DNA of 64,000 nt from Halobacteriales archaeon QH_10_67_22 (GCA_003021305.1 PXQN01000058.1:633-64632); one strand, 5' to 3'; shown: positions 19,393 through 28,714, counted from the stretch's first letter. The notes: generated by a model from the sequence alone, not told the origin. Program-made: numbers and translations.

Positions 19393-20012
19393 ACGTCGCG
19401 GGTCAGCCCACTCCGGAGGTCGCGCCCGAAGTAGTGGCCCACCACGGCCGCCAGCAGCCCCGTGACGGCGCCGAACGCGGCCAGGGGCAAACCGACGTCG
19501 GCCAGCAACGCGAGCTGGAGCGAGGTGAGAAACGCCGCGAGCCCGGCCGCCAGCGCGCCGGCGACCGCCAGTTCCAGGTACCGCGACTTCCCGCTGACGA
19601 GGCCGAGCAGGAACGTCCCGACGAACACGCCGACCGGGCCGCCGAACGAACCCACAATGGGGATCGCGCTCCCGGCGAGCATCGAGCCCACGACGACCAG
19701 CATCGCCACGCCGACGTCCCGGCCCGACGGCGCACCGCCGAACGGGCTTCCAACCGAGGGCCGCAATCGGGAGAACAGCCCCGGCCCGTCGGCGGTCGTC
19801 TCGGCCGCGGCGTCGGTCGTCGACCCGCCGCTCGCGTCCGACGAGGGGCCGGCGCTCGTGGTCGACGACGGCTCGCCGGTCAACGCGTCCACGTCGACGC
19901 CGAGTTCGTCCTCGTCGAAGCCGACGTCGCCGGTCGTCCCCCCCTGGTCGAGCCCGTCCAGGTCCACGTCACCGTCGTCTTCGAGGGTCCGCTCGTCGGT
20001 CCGCTCTGACAT
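19389..20012 (-). CDS. membrane protein, function unknown
   Basis: Acidic N-terminal half followed by about four hydrophobic helices. The start was taken at MSERTDERT (cat at 20010-20012). Confidence 0.6.
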   Translation of the reverse strand: MSERTDERTLEDDGDVDLDGLDQGGTTGDVGFDEDELGVDVDALTGEPSSTTSAGPSSDASGGSTTDAAAETTADGPGLFSRLRPSVGSPFGGAPSGRDVGVAMLVVVGSMLAGSAIPIVGSFGGPVGVFVGTFLLGLVSGKSRYLELAVAGALAAGLAAFLTSLQLALLADVGLPLAAFGAVTGLLAAVVGHYFGRDLRSGLTRDV

Positions 20013-20178
20013 ACCCGAACCTGGGTGCCCGAGCCCAATGGGCCTTTTCCTCGCCGGCGGTCGGACCTGGCGAGACGGGAGCAGGTCGCCCATTGACCGG
20101 CGCCGACGCCGACGGCAGAGACCCGCGACCTCGTCCCGAGAGTGTATGAACTATGTACGTGGCGACCGTACGACACGT

Positions 20179-20568
20179 ATGGAGTACGAGCACGAGCAGG
20201 ACCTGACGGAAGGATCGGACGTGAACCCAGTCGCTCTCTCGCTCGCCGGGGGTGCCGTCGGTACCGTGGCCGGATTGAAAAAGGGGGGGATCGGTGGCGC
20301 CGTCGTCGGCGGTCTGGTCGGGGGAACAGCCGGATACGTCGCCGGCGCGACCGCCAGCGAAAGCGACCCGCTCTCGCCCGGCGCCGACGTGGAGCCGATC
20401 AGCGTCTCCGTCGGCGAAGAAGACGACGAGGACGAAGACGAGGAGCGTGAGGAGTCCGAAGCCGGCGCGGACGACGCCGACGAAGAAGACGAGGCAGAGA
20501 GCGCCGACGACGCGGACGGCACCGACGACGCGGACGGCGCGGACGACGACGACGAACAGACCGACTGA
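20179..20568 (+). CDS. glycine-zipper-like small membrane protein with a poly-acidic tail
   Basis: LAGGAVGTVAGLKKGGIGGAVVGGLVGGTAGYVAGA followed by a D/E-rich tail. Alternative start at ATG 20146. Confidence 0.5.
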   Translation: MEYEHEQDLTEGSDVNPVALSLAGGAVGTVAGLKKGGIGGAVVGGLVGGTAGYVAGATASESDPLSPGADVEPISVSVGEEDDEDEDEEREESEAGADDADEEDEAESADDADGTDDADGADDDDEQTD

Positions 20569-20623
20569 GCAGGCGCCGTCGCCAACGAGTGGATTCAAGT
20601 CCGGCGCCGGGCAAGGTCCGGAC

Positions 20624-21880
20624 ATGAACGTCGGAGACCGGGTTCGCGTCGAGCGCGCCGACCAGATTCACGAGGGCGTCTTGCTTCCCTCGACGACCGA
20701 CGACCACCTGGTCGTCAAGCTCGAGGGTGGCTACAACGTGGGCGTCGACCGCGCGGACGCGGACGTCGAAGTGCTAAAATCGGACATCCACGACGTCGAA
20801 GGCGCACAGGCCGAGGGAAGCGAGTCGACCGTCGCGTTCGACGACGACCTCCCGACGGTGTCGCTCATCTCGACCGGCGGGACCATCGCTTCGACGGTGG
20901 ACTACCGGACGGGCGCGGTCACCGCGCAGTTCGACGCCGAGGACGTCCTCCGGGCGGTACCCGACCTGGCCGGCCTGGCTAACTACCGCGGGCGCGTCGT
21001 CGCCAACATCCTCTCGGAGAACATGACCGCCGACATCTGGCAGGACCTGGCCCGCGCGGTCCACGAGGAGGTCGAGGCCGGCGCCGACGGCGTCGTCGTC
21101 ATGCACGGCACCGACACGATGGCCTTCTCGGCCGCGGCGCTCGCGTTCATGCTGGAGACGCCCGTCCCGGTCGTGTTCACCGGAAGCCAGCGCTCGGCGG
21201 ACCGACCCTCCTCGGACAACGTCATGAACGCCGTCTCGGCCGTCGAGGCCGCCAAGTCCGACTGCGCCGAGGTGCTGGTCTGTATGCACGCCGACGAGTC
21301 CGACGACCGGTGTGCGCTCCATCGCGGAGTGCGGGCCCGCAAGAACCACACCTCACGCCGGGACGCGTTCGACACCGTCGGCGCCGACCCGCTCGGGACT
21401 GTCGCCTACCACCCCAACCCCGACGACGTCGCGGTCACCTTCGACGGCGACTACGAGCAACGCGGCGACACGGAGCTGTCGCTCCGTCCCGACCTGGAGA
21501 CCGACGTCGACCTCGTCACGTTCACGCCCGGAACCGACCTCGCCGTGCTAGATACCTTCGAAGGTAACAGTGGACTCGTGGTCGAGGGCACGGGGCTCGG
21601 ACACGTCAACACCGACTGGATCCCGCGCATCGAGGAGCTGGTCGCCGGGGGGACGACGGTCGTGATGACCAGCCAGTGCATCGAGGGGCGGGTGTGTGAC
21701 CGGGTGTACGACACCGGCCGGGACCTCCTGGACGCCGGCGTCGTCGAAGCCGGTGACACGCTCCCCGGGACCGCGAAGGTCAAACTCATGTGGGCGCTGG
21801 AGAACTGCGACGACCCCGAGTCGGTGATGGGCGAGTCGCTAGCGGGCGAACTTACCGAGCGGTCGGTCCCCTGGACCTGA
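20624..21880 (+). CDS. gatD: Glu-tRNA(Gln) amidotransferase subunit D
   Basis: Asparaginase-type motifs ISTGGTIAS and VVVMHGTDTMAFSAAALAF, with N-terminal MNVGDRVRVE...VVKLEGGYNVGV. Confidence 0.92.
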   Translation: MNVGDRVRVERADQIHEGVLLPSTTDDHLVVKLEGGYNVGVDRADADVEVLKSDIHDVEGAQAEGSESTVAFDDDLPTVSLISTGGTIASTVDYRTGAVTAQFDAEDVLRAVPDLAGLANYRGRVVANILSENMTADIWQDLARAVHEEVEAGADGVVVMHGTDTMAFSAAALAFMLETPVPVVFTGSQRSADRPSSDNVMNAVSAVEAAKSDCAEVLVCMHADESDDRCALHRGVRARKNHTSRRDAFDTVGADPLGTVAYHPNPDDVAVTFDGDYEQRGDTELSLRPDLETDVDLVTFTPGTDLAVLDTFEGNSGLVVEGTGLGHVNTDWIPRIEELVAGGTTVVMTSQCIEGRVCDRVYDTGRDLLDAGVVEAGDTLPGTAKVKLMWALENCDDPESVMGESLAGELTERSVPWT

Positions 21881-22197
21881 TCGGCGCGAGGGTCCGCGTC
21901 CGGCAGGCCCATGCCGACGACGTCGCGGACGTGGCGGCGTTCACCGAGGACACTTGGCCGGAGTTCGACCGCGGCGACTACATTCCGGACGTGTTCGCCG
22001 ACTGGGTGGGGACCGACGGTGACGACCAGCACACCGTCGTGGCCCGCGATGGCGGCGCTGCCGTGGGGTGCTGCCAGGCCGTCCGCTGCTCGGCACACGA
22101 GGCCTGGACCCAGGGGATGCGCGTCCACCCCGACCGCCGCGCCGCGGGGGTCGAACTGGCCGACCACCCGGATTTCGTGCTCGAAGCGCCCCTGTGA
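21880..22197 (+). pseudogene. GNAT-family acetyltransferase remnant (no credible start, truncated 3' end)
   Basis: The frame reads ...RVRVRQAHADDVADVAAFTEDTWPEF...HEAWTQGMRVHPDRR and stops soon after. The only in-frame ATG lies 90 nt inside gatD. The usual C-terminal half is absent. Confidence 0.45.
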
Positions 22198-22291
22198 CCA
22201 CCGCACCTGCCGCTCGACGCGGCAAGCGGGCCGCCCGTCGACAGGAAAAACAGGTCACCGGGGGGCCGTCGTCAGCGGGACCGCACCCCTC

Positions 22292-22390
22292 ATACTGTCG
22301 GACACAAGCAAGCCGACACTCGATGCTTCGTTTGGCGGTCTCCGAGACGTCTCGATGGTGAAACACCGACGAGCGTGTTCACGTACTGTC
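22292..22390. mobile_element. MITE-like element, family A, copy A2 (right TIR lost)
   Basis: The left end ATACTGTCGGACACAAG is intact. The body matches A3/A4 as far as ...GTGTTCACGTAC, after which the sequence diverges (TGTCGAATCCC). Confidence 0.75.
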
Positions 22391-22606
22391 GAATCCCTCG
22401 GCCTCGGCGAAGGGGTCACGGCCCTCGTGGAGCAGGCGGACGTGACTCGCCAGGTCGCCCTCGGCGTCGAGTACCTCCGCCTCCAGGGCGGGGTAGGCCG
22501 CCAGCAGGGCATCGAAGGCGTCCCCGACGGTGTCGCCGTCGGCGTCGACCGCGACCTCGGTGTCGCCGGCCGCCTCGGCCAGCGTCGCGAACAGTCTCCA
22601 CTCCAT
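22379..22606 (-). CDS. MoaD/ThiS-fold ubiquitin-like protein (SAMP1-like), 3' end replaced by MITE sequence, no C-terminal Gly-Gly
   Basis: MEWRLFATLAEAAGDTEVAVDADGDTVGDAFDALLAAYPALEAEV... resembles SAMP1 as I recall it. The ORF ends ...AEAEGFDST*, with the last codons and the stop inside copy A2. Confidence 0.6.
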   Translation of the reverse strand: MEWRLFATLAEAAGDTEVAVDADGDTVGDAFDALLAAYPALEAEVLDAEGDLASHVRLLHEGRDPFAEAEGFDST

Positions 22607-22645
22607 ACCGGAGGGGAGGCAGCCGCGCCAAAGAGCGTTGTGCAC

Positions 22646-25600
22646 TCACGACGGCTCGCTCGGGCGACCCGACTCACTGCCGTCCTCGTCGTCCCCGTCC
22701 GCGGGGTCCGTGCCGGTCAACTCGTCGGGGTCGGTCCCCGGCAGATCCGCCAGGTCCTCGGTCGTCGGGTCCGCCGATTCGGACGGCGCGACCGCCTCCT
22801 CGTCCGTGACGTCGGTCCAGTCGCCGTCACTCTCGTCGTCGGCGCCAGTCCCGTCCCCGTCGCCCGTACCAGTCCCGGCCCCGTCGCCGTTCCCGGCGTC
22901 CACGACGCCGTCGTCACCGTCCTGGACGGGGAGGTCGTCGAGCTTCTCGGCGTCGTCGTCGAGCGAAGCCAGGTCCGGGTCGTCCAGGTCGAGAACCGGT
23001 CCCTTGTCGACCGCTCCGTCGGGCTCCGGTTTCTCCTCGCTTTCGGTCGCTTCGTCTCCGTGCTGTTCGTCGCGGTCCTCGCTCTGTGCCGCATCGTCCT
23101 GGCCCGGCCCGTCCTCGTCGGCGGGCGTGTCAGCCCCGCGCTCGTCGGTGCTCCCGTCCTCTGGTTCGAGCGTCTCGATGCCCGGGGCGTCCGGGTCCGG
23201 CGGGGAGGGGTCGGCGGCGTCGGGAGAGGACGGTGATGCTCGGTCGGACTCGCCGGCGACCGGGGTCGTGGCATCGACGCGTCTGTCGGGTGGCATCTCC
23301 GAGCCCGACTGGGGCGTCCCGGCGTCGGTCGCGTCCCGCGTGGCCGGGCGGGCCGCGCCGTCGACGCGCCGGATAGTCTCGGGCGTGGCGACCGTGTACA
23401 GCAGGTCACCGGGCGCGAGCACCCGGTCGCGGCCGGGCAGGGCCTCGACGGGGCCCTCGGTCGGCCGGACCGCGACGATACTTGCCTGCAGCGCGCCGAC
23501 GGGCTGGCCGGCGAGGAGACTCCCCTCTGCGATGGTGACCGTCGCCATCGTCTCGTCGGCGGCCCGGAGCAGCGAGGCGAACTCCCGGTCCGGGCGGGAC
23601 TCGACGGGGAGCGTGACGAGTCTGTAGGTCTCGTCGTCGGCCAGCGTCCGCGTGTCGGCGGCGTCGACCGCCAGCGTGACGATGTCGTCGACCGTCCCCC
23701 GGAGTTCGGCCGTGAGCACGCGCTCTGGCGGGTCGGTCCGCCAGACCTGGACGATGTCGCCGGCGCTGGCGGCGAACGCGGGGTCGGCCCTGACCGCGAC
23801 CGCCGACGTCTCGGGGGGCAGCGTCGGCCCGATGCCGGCAGCCCGCGAGCCCAGGGCGAGATACTCAACGGACCCGTCGGCGGCAAGGTCGATGTCGACG
23901 TGACCGACGGCGTAGTCGGCTTTCAGTCGGGTGACCAGGCGGTCGCGTAACTCGGCGACCGTGAGTCGCCGCGGGAACACGAACGACTTGCCGGCGAGTT
24001 TCGTCTTTGTCTCCTCGGGCACGGGGTCGTAGCCGACGAGGTCCTCGACCTCCTCGGGGAGTTCGACCGTGATCACCCGCCCGACGGCCTGGACGACGCG
24101 ACTCAGTTCGCCCTCGACGCGCTCGCCGGTCCCGGTGAACACGTCCGTCCCGACTCGGTCGCCGATGTCTCCGCCCGCACGTGCGGCGAACAGGCTGACC
24201 AGCACCACCGCGATGTTGAACAGCGCGACCGTCTCGTCGAGCGGGTCGCCGGTGTTCCCGATCACCTGGCGCAGCGCCCGCGTCGAGTTGAGATACACTG
24301 CGACGCCGCTCAACCCGACCAGGATCGGCAGCCCACCCGGCACCGCCTCGCGCGTGTACCACCGGTAGGCCAGCGCGACGCCAGCGGCGAGCGACGCGAC
24401 CGCCTCCACGAACGCGTCGAGCGCCTCGCGCGTGCCGACAGCGAACACCTCGTCGCCGACCGACAGTTCGGTATCGCCGCCCGGCGCGAGTCGCCAGACG
24501 TTCCCGTCGTTGACCGCCACGACCGCCACACCGTGCTGGTGCCGTACGGCCGCGGTTCCCAGCGCCGTGCCGTCGAGCGGGCCGCCCGCGCCGACGGTCA
24601 CGCGACGGAACCGCCGGCCGGCCCGCCGGAGCAACGAGACGAGTTCGTACTCCCGGCGGACGCCGCGAGATTCGACGACGACCCGGGCGCGGTCGGCCCG
24701 CACGAGCGGGCCGGCGTCCGTCCGGGTGACCGCCACCGTGACCCGTCCCTCCCCGCCGGTCGTCGTCGGCGCTCTGACCGGCTGGGGGACGCTGGCCTCG
24801 TCCGGGTCGTCCGGGTCCTCGCTCCCGTCACGCTCCGCGTTCGGGCCCGGTCCGACGTCGGAGGGTGTGGCCTGTGACTTCGCACTGAGAACCGTCCCGC
24901 GGACCTGCGCGTCGGGCGTGATGAGCGTCACCTCGTCGTTGCGCGCCAGCCCGGTCGGCACCAGCGCCGCGACAGACACGGCCCGCTTCCCGTCGGGGAC
25001 CCGCTTGGAGAGTCCCGAAAACGGCGGCGCGGCGACGACGGCCGCCCGGCCGCCCTCGTCGACGCTGACGGTGACGTCACCCAGGTCGAACTCCGTCCGG
25101 AGCCGTTCGGCGAGGCGTTCCTCGATCTCCGAAACCCGCAGGTCGGCGGGGAACGTCCACTCGCTGTCCCGGACCGCCCCGCGCAGGTCGTCCGACAGTG
25201 GCGGATACCCCTCCATGTCCGCTACTTCGCCGACGACGCGAACGCGGACTTCGTCGCGACCCGACAGCGAGCCCAGCACGTCCGTCGAGAGCGTCTGCTC
25301 GCGCAGCTGTTTCCAGGAGAGCCGCTTCGGAAAGGTCGCGCCCATCGCGTCGCCGCGACTGTGTGCGTACAGCGCGATCAGCAACACCACGATGATCGCC
25401 GTCGTGACCGTCACGGCGTTGGCCGACTGCGTGACCGACGGGTCGGCCAGCGCCAGGAGTCCCCCGTTGACACCGGCCAGCGCCACTGCGAGCGCGACCA
25501 CACCGAGTCCGGGGATCGACACGCCGGTGAAGTACTTGAAAACAAAGCCCAGGGACCACGACACGAGACCCGGGATGATGCCCGTCAGGACGCCGAGGTA

Positions 25601-25657
25601 GATTCCGAGGAGGATCTCGACAGGGACCGACGCCATACCCTGTGAGAGAACAGCCAC
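22646..25657 (-). CDS. large membrane protein with TrkA-C (RCK_C)-like domains and a ~250-aa acidic tail
   Basis: 1003 aa with two clusters of TM helices separated and followed by soluble beta-rich modules of TrkA-C type. The C-terminus is D/E/P/G low complexity. Confidence 0.7.
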   Translation of the reverse strand: MAVLSQGMASVPVEILLGIYLGVLTGIIPGLVSWSLGFVFKYFTGVSIPGLGVVALAVALAGVNGGLLALADPSVTQSANAVTVTTAIIVVLLIALYAHSRGDAMGATFPKRLSWKQLREQTLSTDVLGSLSGRDEVRVRVVGEVADMEGYPPLSDDLRGAVRDSEWTFPADLRVSEIEERLAERLRTEFDLGDVTVSVDEGGRAAVVAAPPFSGLSKRVPDGKRAVSVAALVPTGLARNDEVTLITPDAQVRGTVLSAKSQATPSDVGPGPNAERDGSEDPDDPDEASVPQPVRAPTTTGGEGRVTVAVTRTDAGPLVRADRARVVVESRGVRREYELVSLLRRAGRRFRRVTVGAGGPLDGTALGTAAVRHQHGVAVVAVNDGNVWRLAPGGDTELSVGDEVFAVGTREALDAFVEAVASLAAGVALAYRWYTREAVPGGLPILVGLSGVAVYLNSTRALRQVIGNTGDPLDETVALFNIAVVLVSLFAARAGGDIGDRVGTDVFTGTGERVEGELSRVVQAVGRVITVELPEEVEDLVGYDPVPEETKTKLAGKSFVFPRRLTVAELRDRLVTRLKADYAVGHVDIDLAADGSVEYLALGSRAAGIGPTLPPETSAVAVRADPAFAASAGDIVQVWRTDPPERVLTAELRGTVDDIVTLAVDAADTRTLADDETYRLVTLPVESRPDREFASLLRAADETMATVTIAEGSLLAGQPVGALQASIVAVRPTEGPVEALPGRDRVLAPGDLLYTVATPETIRRVDGAARPATRDATDAGTPQSGSEMPPDRRVDATTPVAGESDRASPSSPDAADPSPPDPDAPGIETLEPEDGSTDERGADTPADEDGPGQDDAAQSEDRDEQHGDEATESEEKPEPDGAVDKGPVLDLDDPDLASLDDDAEKLDDLPVQDGDDGVVDAGNGDGAGTGTGDGDGTGADDESDGDWTDVTDEEAVAPSESADPTTEDLADLPGTDPDELTGTDPADGDDEDGSESGRPSEPS

Positions 25658-25687
25658 TCATAAAAATACAGCGCGGCCGGCACACAG

Positions 25688-25795
25688 GTGTACGGGACGG
25701 TCGGTGCCTACACGCTCCGAGAGGAGTTCCTCGGTATCTCGACGCTGACCGACGCCTTCTATTTCACGCTCGTCACGGCCAGCACCGTCGGCCAC
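25688..25795 (+). pseudogene. potassium-channel pore-region remnant
   Basis: GTVGAYTLREEFLGISTLTDAFYFTLVTASTVG matches the pore helix and the start of the TVGYGD filter. The filter breaks off (TVGHLLV), no TM1 precedes it and no RCK domain follows. Confidence 0.45.
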
Positions 25796-25977
25796 CTCCT
25801 CGTCGAGTCCGCGCTCACCGGGTCGGACATGGAGGGCGTCGCCGACCACACCTCGGCGGGAGCGAGCCAACCCCCGAAACCCACGACGCCGGACCCGACG
25901 GTACCGAGGCCGACGACGCGTAGACGGGCCGCGGCCGGTCAGACGGGTAGGTCGTTACCGCTGTCGGCCGGCAGCAC

Positions 25978-27474
25978 TCAGTGACGGTCGACGATGGCGA
26001 CGTCGGCGTCCAGGTCCTCGATGCGTTCGAACGTGGGCCGCGAGACCAGGCGGGAGGCGGGGCTGCGGTCCCGGCTGGCCCCCAGGAAGACAAGGTCGAC
26101 GCCGCTGGCGTTCTCGGTGAGAAACCGCTCTATCGAGCGGGTCGACACCCGCGTCTCGAAGGAACCGTCGAACGGTTCGACCAGGTTCGCCAGCATCGTC
26201 TCGGCACGACGGATCTCGCGGTCACTCGACACACAGCTCGCGACGCTCACGTACCCCGTCTTGCCGGCCAGTCGCGTGGCGAAGTCGAGCATGCTGTGGG
26301 CCACGTCGCTGGCTCGTCGAACCGGCACGAGGACGCGTTTCCAGCGGGTCCGCCCGGCCACCGAACGGTGGACGAGCACGTCCGTCCGCCCGCGAAACAG
26401 CGACTGCACGAACGGGGAGAGCGCGCCGTACTGTTGCTCGTAGGACGCGGCGACGAGGTCACAGTTCAGTTCCCGCGCGGTCGCCAGGACCGTGGCGGCG
26501 GCCGACCGGCCGGCGACGGCGACGACCACCTCACAGGGGACGCCGACCCGCGTCTCGACGGCGGCCGCCCGCGACTCCAAGCGGTCGGCGGCGGCCGCAA
26601 CTGGGTCCTCGGCCGCGTGGTCGTGACCCTGGCCGGCGCGGTCGCCCGACTCCGGGTCGGCCTCGTCCGACCGGGATCCCCCGTCGGAGGCCACGCGGTG
26701 GTCGGTTTCGAGTAGATCGCGTTCGGCCGCCGCGACCGCGGCGTCGTCGACGACGTCCAGCAAGACGACCTTGCCGGCCTCGTGGGCGCCGGCCAGTCTC
26801 GCGGCGAGCATCGCGGTCGCGTCGGGGTTTTCCCCCCGCATCGGCACGAGCACGTGGTCGTCGCCGCTGGTCGACTCGTAGAGAAACTGGGCGCGGCGCT
26901 CGTAGAACCGTTCGCGCCAGACGTAGAACACGCCGGCGACGACCGTGCTCGCGACGGAGACGCTCACGACGAAGGTGAACTCCTGTCCGGCCGGCACGAG
27001 CAGGGCCAGCAACGCCGTCGCGTAAGCCGCTGGTTCCTCGATACCCAGCGCCCAGGTGAGTGCGCCGGTGGCGAAGACGGTCGCCGCCGCCTCGAACGCG
27101 CCAACGCCGAACACTCCGCCTCCCCCGGAGAGTCCGGTGGTCGCCCCGGCGACCAGCGCCGCCCAGCCACACAGCGCGCCGACGGTCAACCCCGCCACGA
27201 ACTGCCACGGCGAGGCGTACGTCCCCTCGGGGTCGGCAAACAGGGTGTACGTGCCCGAGGCCAGCGGCGGAAAGAGCAGAAAGGACAGCGAATCGAGTGT
27301 GTTCGACGCCGCCGTCACCATCCAGATCAGGAGCGGGACGAACACCAGCACCGACAGATGGACCAGGGTGTCGGTCCGCTCGACCCACCGGCGCGCCGCC
27401 CGGAGTTCCCGGCGCTCGATGCGCCTGGCCCGGGTCAGGAGCCGGTGCACTCGGTCGCGTAACTTTCCGCGCAC
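25978..27474 (-). CDS. HPP-family membrane domain fused to universal stress protein (Usp) domains
   Basis: N-terminal multi-TM region (LFPPLASGTYTLFADP). The C-terminus has two Usp-like alpha/beta modules (HVLVPMRG..., RVLVPVRR...VDLVFLGA). Confidence 0.7.
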   Translation of the reverse strand: MRGKLRDRVHRLLTRARRIERRELRAARRWVERTDTLVHLSVLVFVPLLIWMVTAASNTLDSLSFLLFPPLASGTYTLFADPEGTYASPWQFVAGLTVGALCGWAALVAGATTGLSGGGGVFGVGAFEAAATVFATGALTWALGIEEPAAYATALLALLVPAGQEFTFVVSVSVASTVVAGVFYVWRERFYERRAQFLYESTSGDDHVLVPMRGENPDATAMLAARLAGAHEAGKVVLLDVVDDAAVAAAERDLLETDHRVASDGGSRSDEADPESGDRAGQGHDHAAEDPVAAAADRLESRAAAVETRVGVPCEVVVAVAGRSAAATVLATARELNCDLVAASYEQQYGALSPFVQSLFRGRTDVLVHRSVAGRTRWKRVLVPVRRASDVAHSMLDFATRLAGKTGYVSVASCVSSDREIRRAETMLANLVEPFDGSFETRVSTRSIERFLTENASGVDLVFLGASRDRSPASRLVSRPTFERIEDLDADVAIVDRH

Positions 27475-27683
27475 GTCTCACAGTAGTCGCCCCGACGGAA
27501 AAACAGTCTGGCCCGTCCCGCTCGACCGGACGTCGTGACCGGCAGGGAGAGTCCGTCCTGGCCGAACAGTGAGAATCCGTCGTCACAGTCGTGGGGACGG
27601 CCCCGCCTCGTACGGTCGTGGGTAATTCGTTTCGTTCCCACGAAACAGCGGACTGTCTCCGTGGTCAGAAACGCCAATTCTCG

Positions 27684-27793
27684 TACTGTCGGACACAAGC
27701 AAGTCGACACTCGATACTTCGTTTGGCGGTCTACAAGACGTCTCGATGGTGAAACACCGACAAGTGTGTTCACGTACTTGTGTCCGACAGTAT
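27684..27793. mobile_element. MITE-like element, family A, copy A3 (110 bp, both TIRs intact)
   Basis: TACTGTCGGACACAAG...CTTGTGTCCGACAGTA, flanked by TA on each side. Intergenic between the udp stop and the HPP/Usp start. Confidence 0.8.
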
Positions 27794-27829
27794 CACCGAC
27801 ACTGCGGAACGTGGGTACGCACGACCGTA

Positions 27830-28561
27830 TCAAAGGTCGGTCGCGGCAGTCAGGGTGATCTCGATCGCCCGCTCGACGTTGTTTTTCGCCTTCGGCGGAA
27901 GTTCGTCGTCCTCGGTCTCGCCTTTCTGGGTCCCCTCGACGAGGTTGCCGTCAACGGTACAGATCGCGCCGGCGCGCAGGCCCTTCCGGCGGGCCAGGGT
28001 GAAGATGGCCGCGGCCTCCATCTCGACGGCGAGCAGTCCGGCCTGCTCCCAGTCGGCGACGTACTCGTCGGTCTCGGCGTAGAAGGCGTCGTCGGTCGCG
28101 ATGGAGCCGACGTGGACGTCCTCGTCGTTGGCGCGGGCGCCCTCGATCAGCGCCGTGAGTACCTCGTGGTGGGCAACGGCGGGGTAGGAGACGCTCTCGT
28201 AGCGTTTCGTCGTTCCCTCGTCTTTGGCGGCGCCAGTCGCGACGACCATGTCGCCGATCTCCATTCCCGACTGGAGCGCGCCGGTCGTGCCGACCCGGAT
28301 CACGGTGTCGACGCCGACCGCGGCGAGTTCCTCGACCGCGATGGCCGCCGACGGGCAGCCGATCCCCGTCGAACAGATAGTCAGGCGACGGCCCTCGTAG
28401 GTGGCGTTGACGAGGGCGTACTCGCGGTTCTCGGACACCTGCTCGACGTTTTCGCAGTGGCCGGCGATGCGTTCGACGCGGCCGGGGTCGCCCGGTACCA
28501 GCGCCAGGTCGGTGAGGTCTCCCTCCTCGACGAGGAGGTGGGGCTGTTTCGCCATGCCCAC
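27830..28561 (-). CDS. udp: uridine/purine nucleoside phosphorylase (PNP/UDP family)
   Basis: ALVPGDPGRVERIA...ICSTGIGCPSAAIAVEEL...VIRVGTTGAL...EMEAAAIF. Confidence 0.88.
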   Translation of the reverse strand: MGMAKQPHLLVEEGDLTDLALVPGDPGRVERIAGHCENVEQVSENREYALVNATYEGRRLTICSTGIGCPSAAIAVEELAAVGVDTVIRVGTTGALQSGMEIGDMVVATGAAKDEGTTKRYESVSYPAVAHHEVLTALIEGARANDEDVHVGSIATDDAFYAETDEYVADWEQAGLLAVEMEAAAIFTLARRKGLRAGAICTVDGNLVEGTQKGETEDDELPPKAKNNVERAIEITLTAATDL

Positions 28562-28632
28562 GCTGGGAGCGCCGCCGGCAAAACGCTATCTCTCTCCGTG
28601 CCAACCGCAGGCCGCTCGGACAGAACAGTCTC

Positions 28633-28714
28633 ATAGTGATTATTGTAGCGATTTACCGGTACGACCGTACGATTGCGTGCGGTCGATCCGGAACAGACCG
28701 ACAATAATCACTAT
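28633..28714. mobile_element. MITE-like element, family B, copy B2 (82 bp)
   Basis: ATAGTGATTATTGT...ACAATAATCACTAT. Its last base is the first base (plus strand) of the DUF63 stop codon (TCA at 28714-28716). Confidence 0.8.

Noticed and set aside
20294-20623. Upstream extension of gatD (528-aa version)
   Set aside because: It overlaps the glycine-zipper ORF in a different frame and has Thr/Arg/Pro-rich composition. The GatD N-terminus is recognisable from MNVGDRVRVE.
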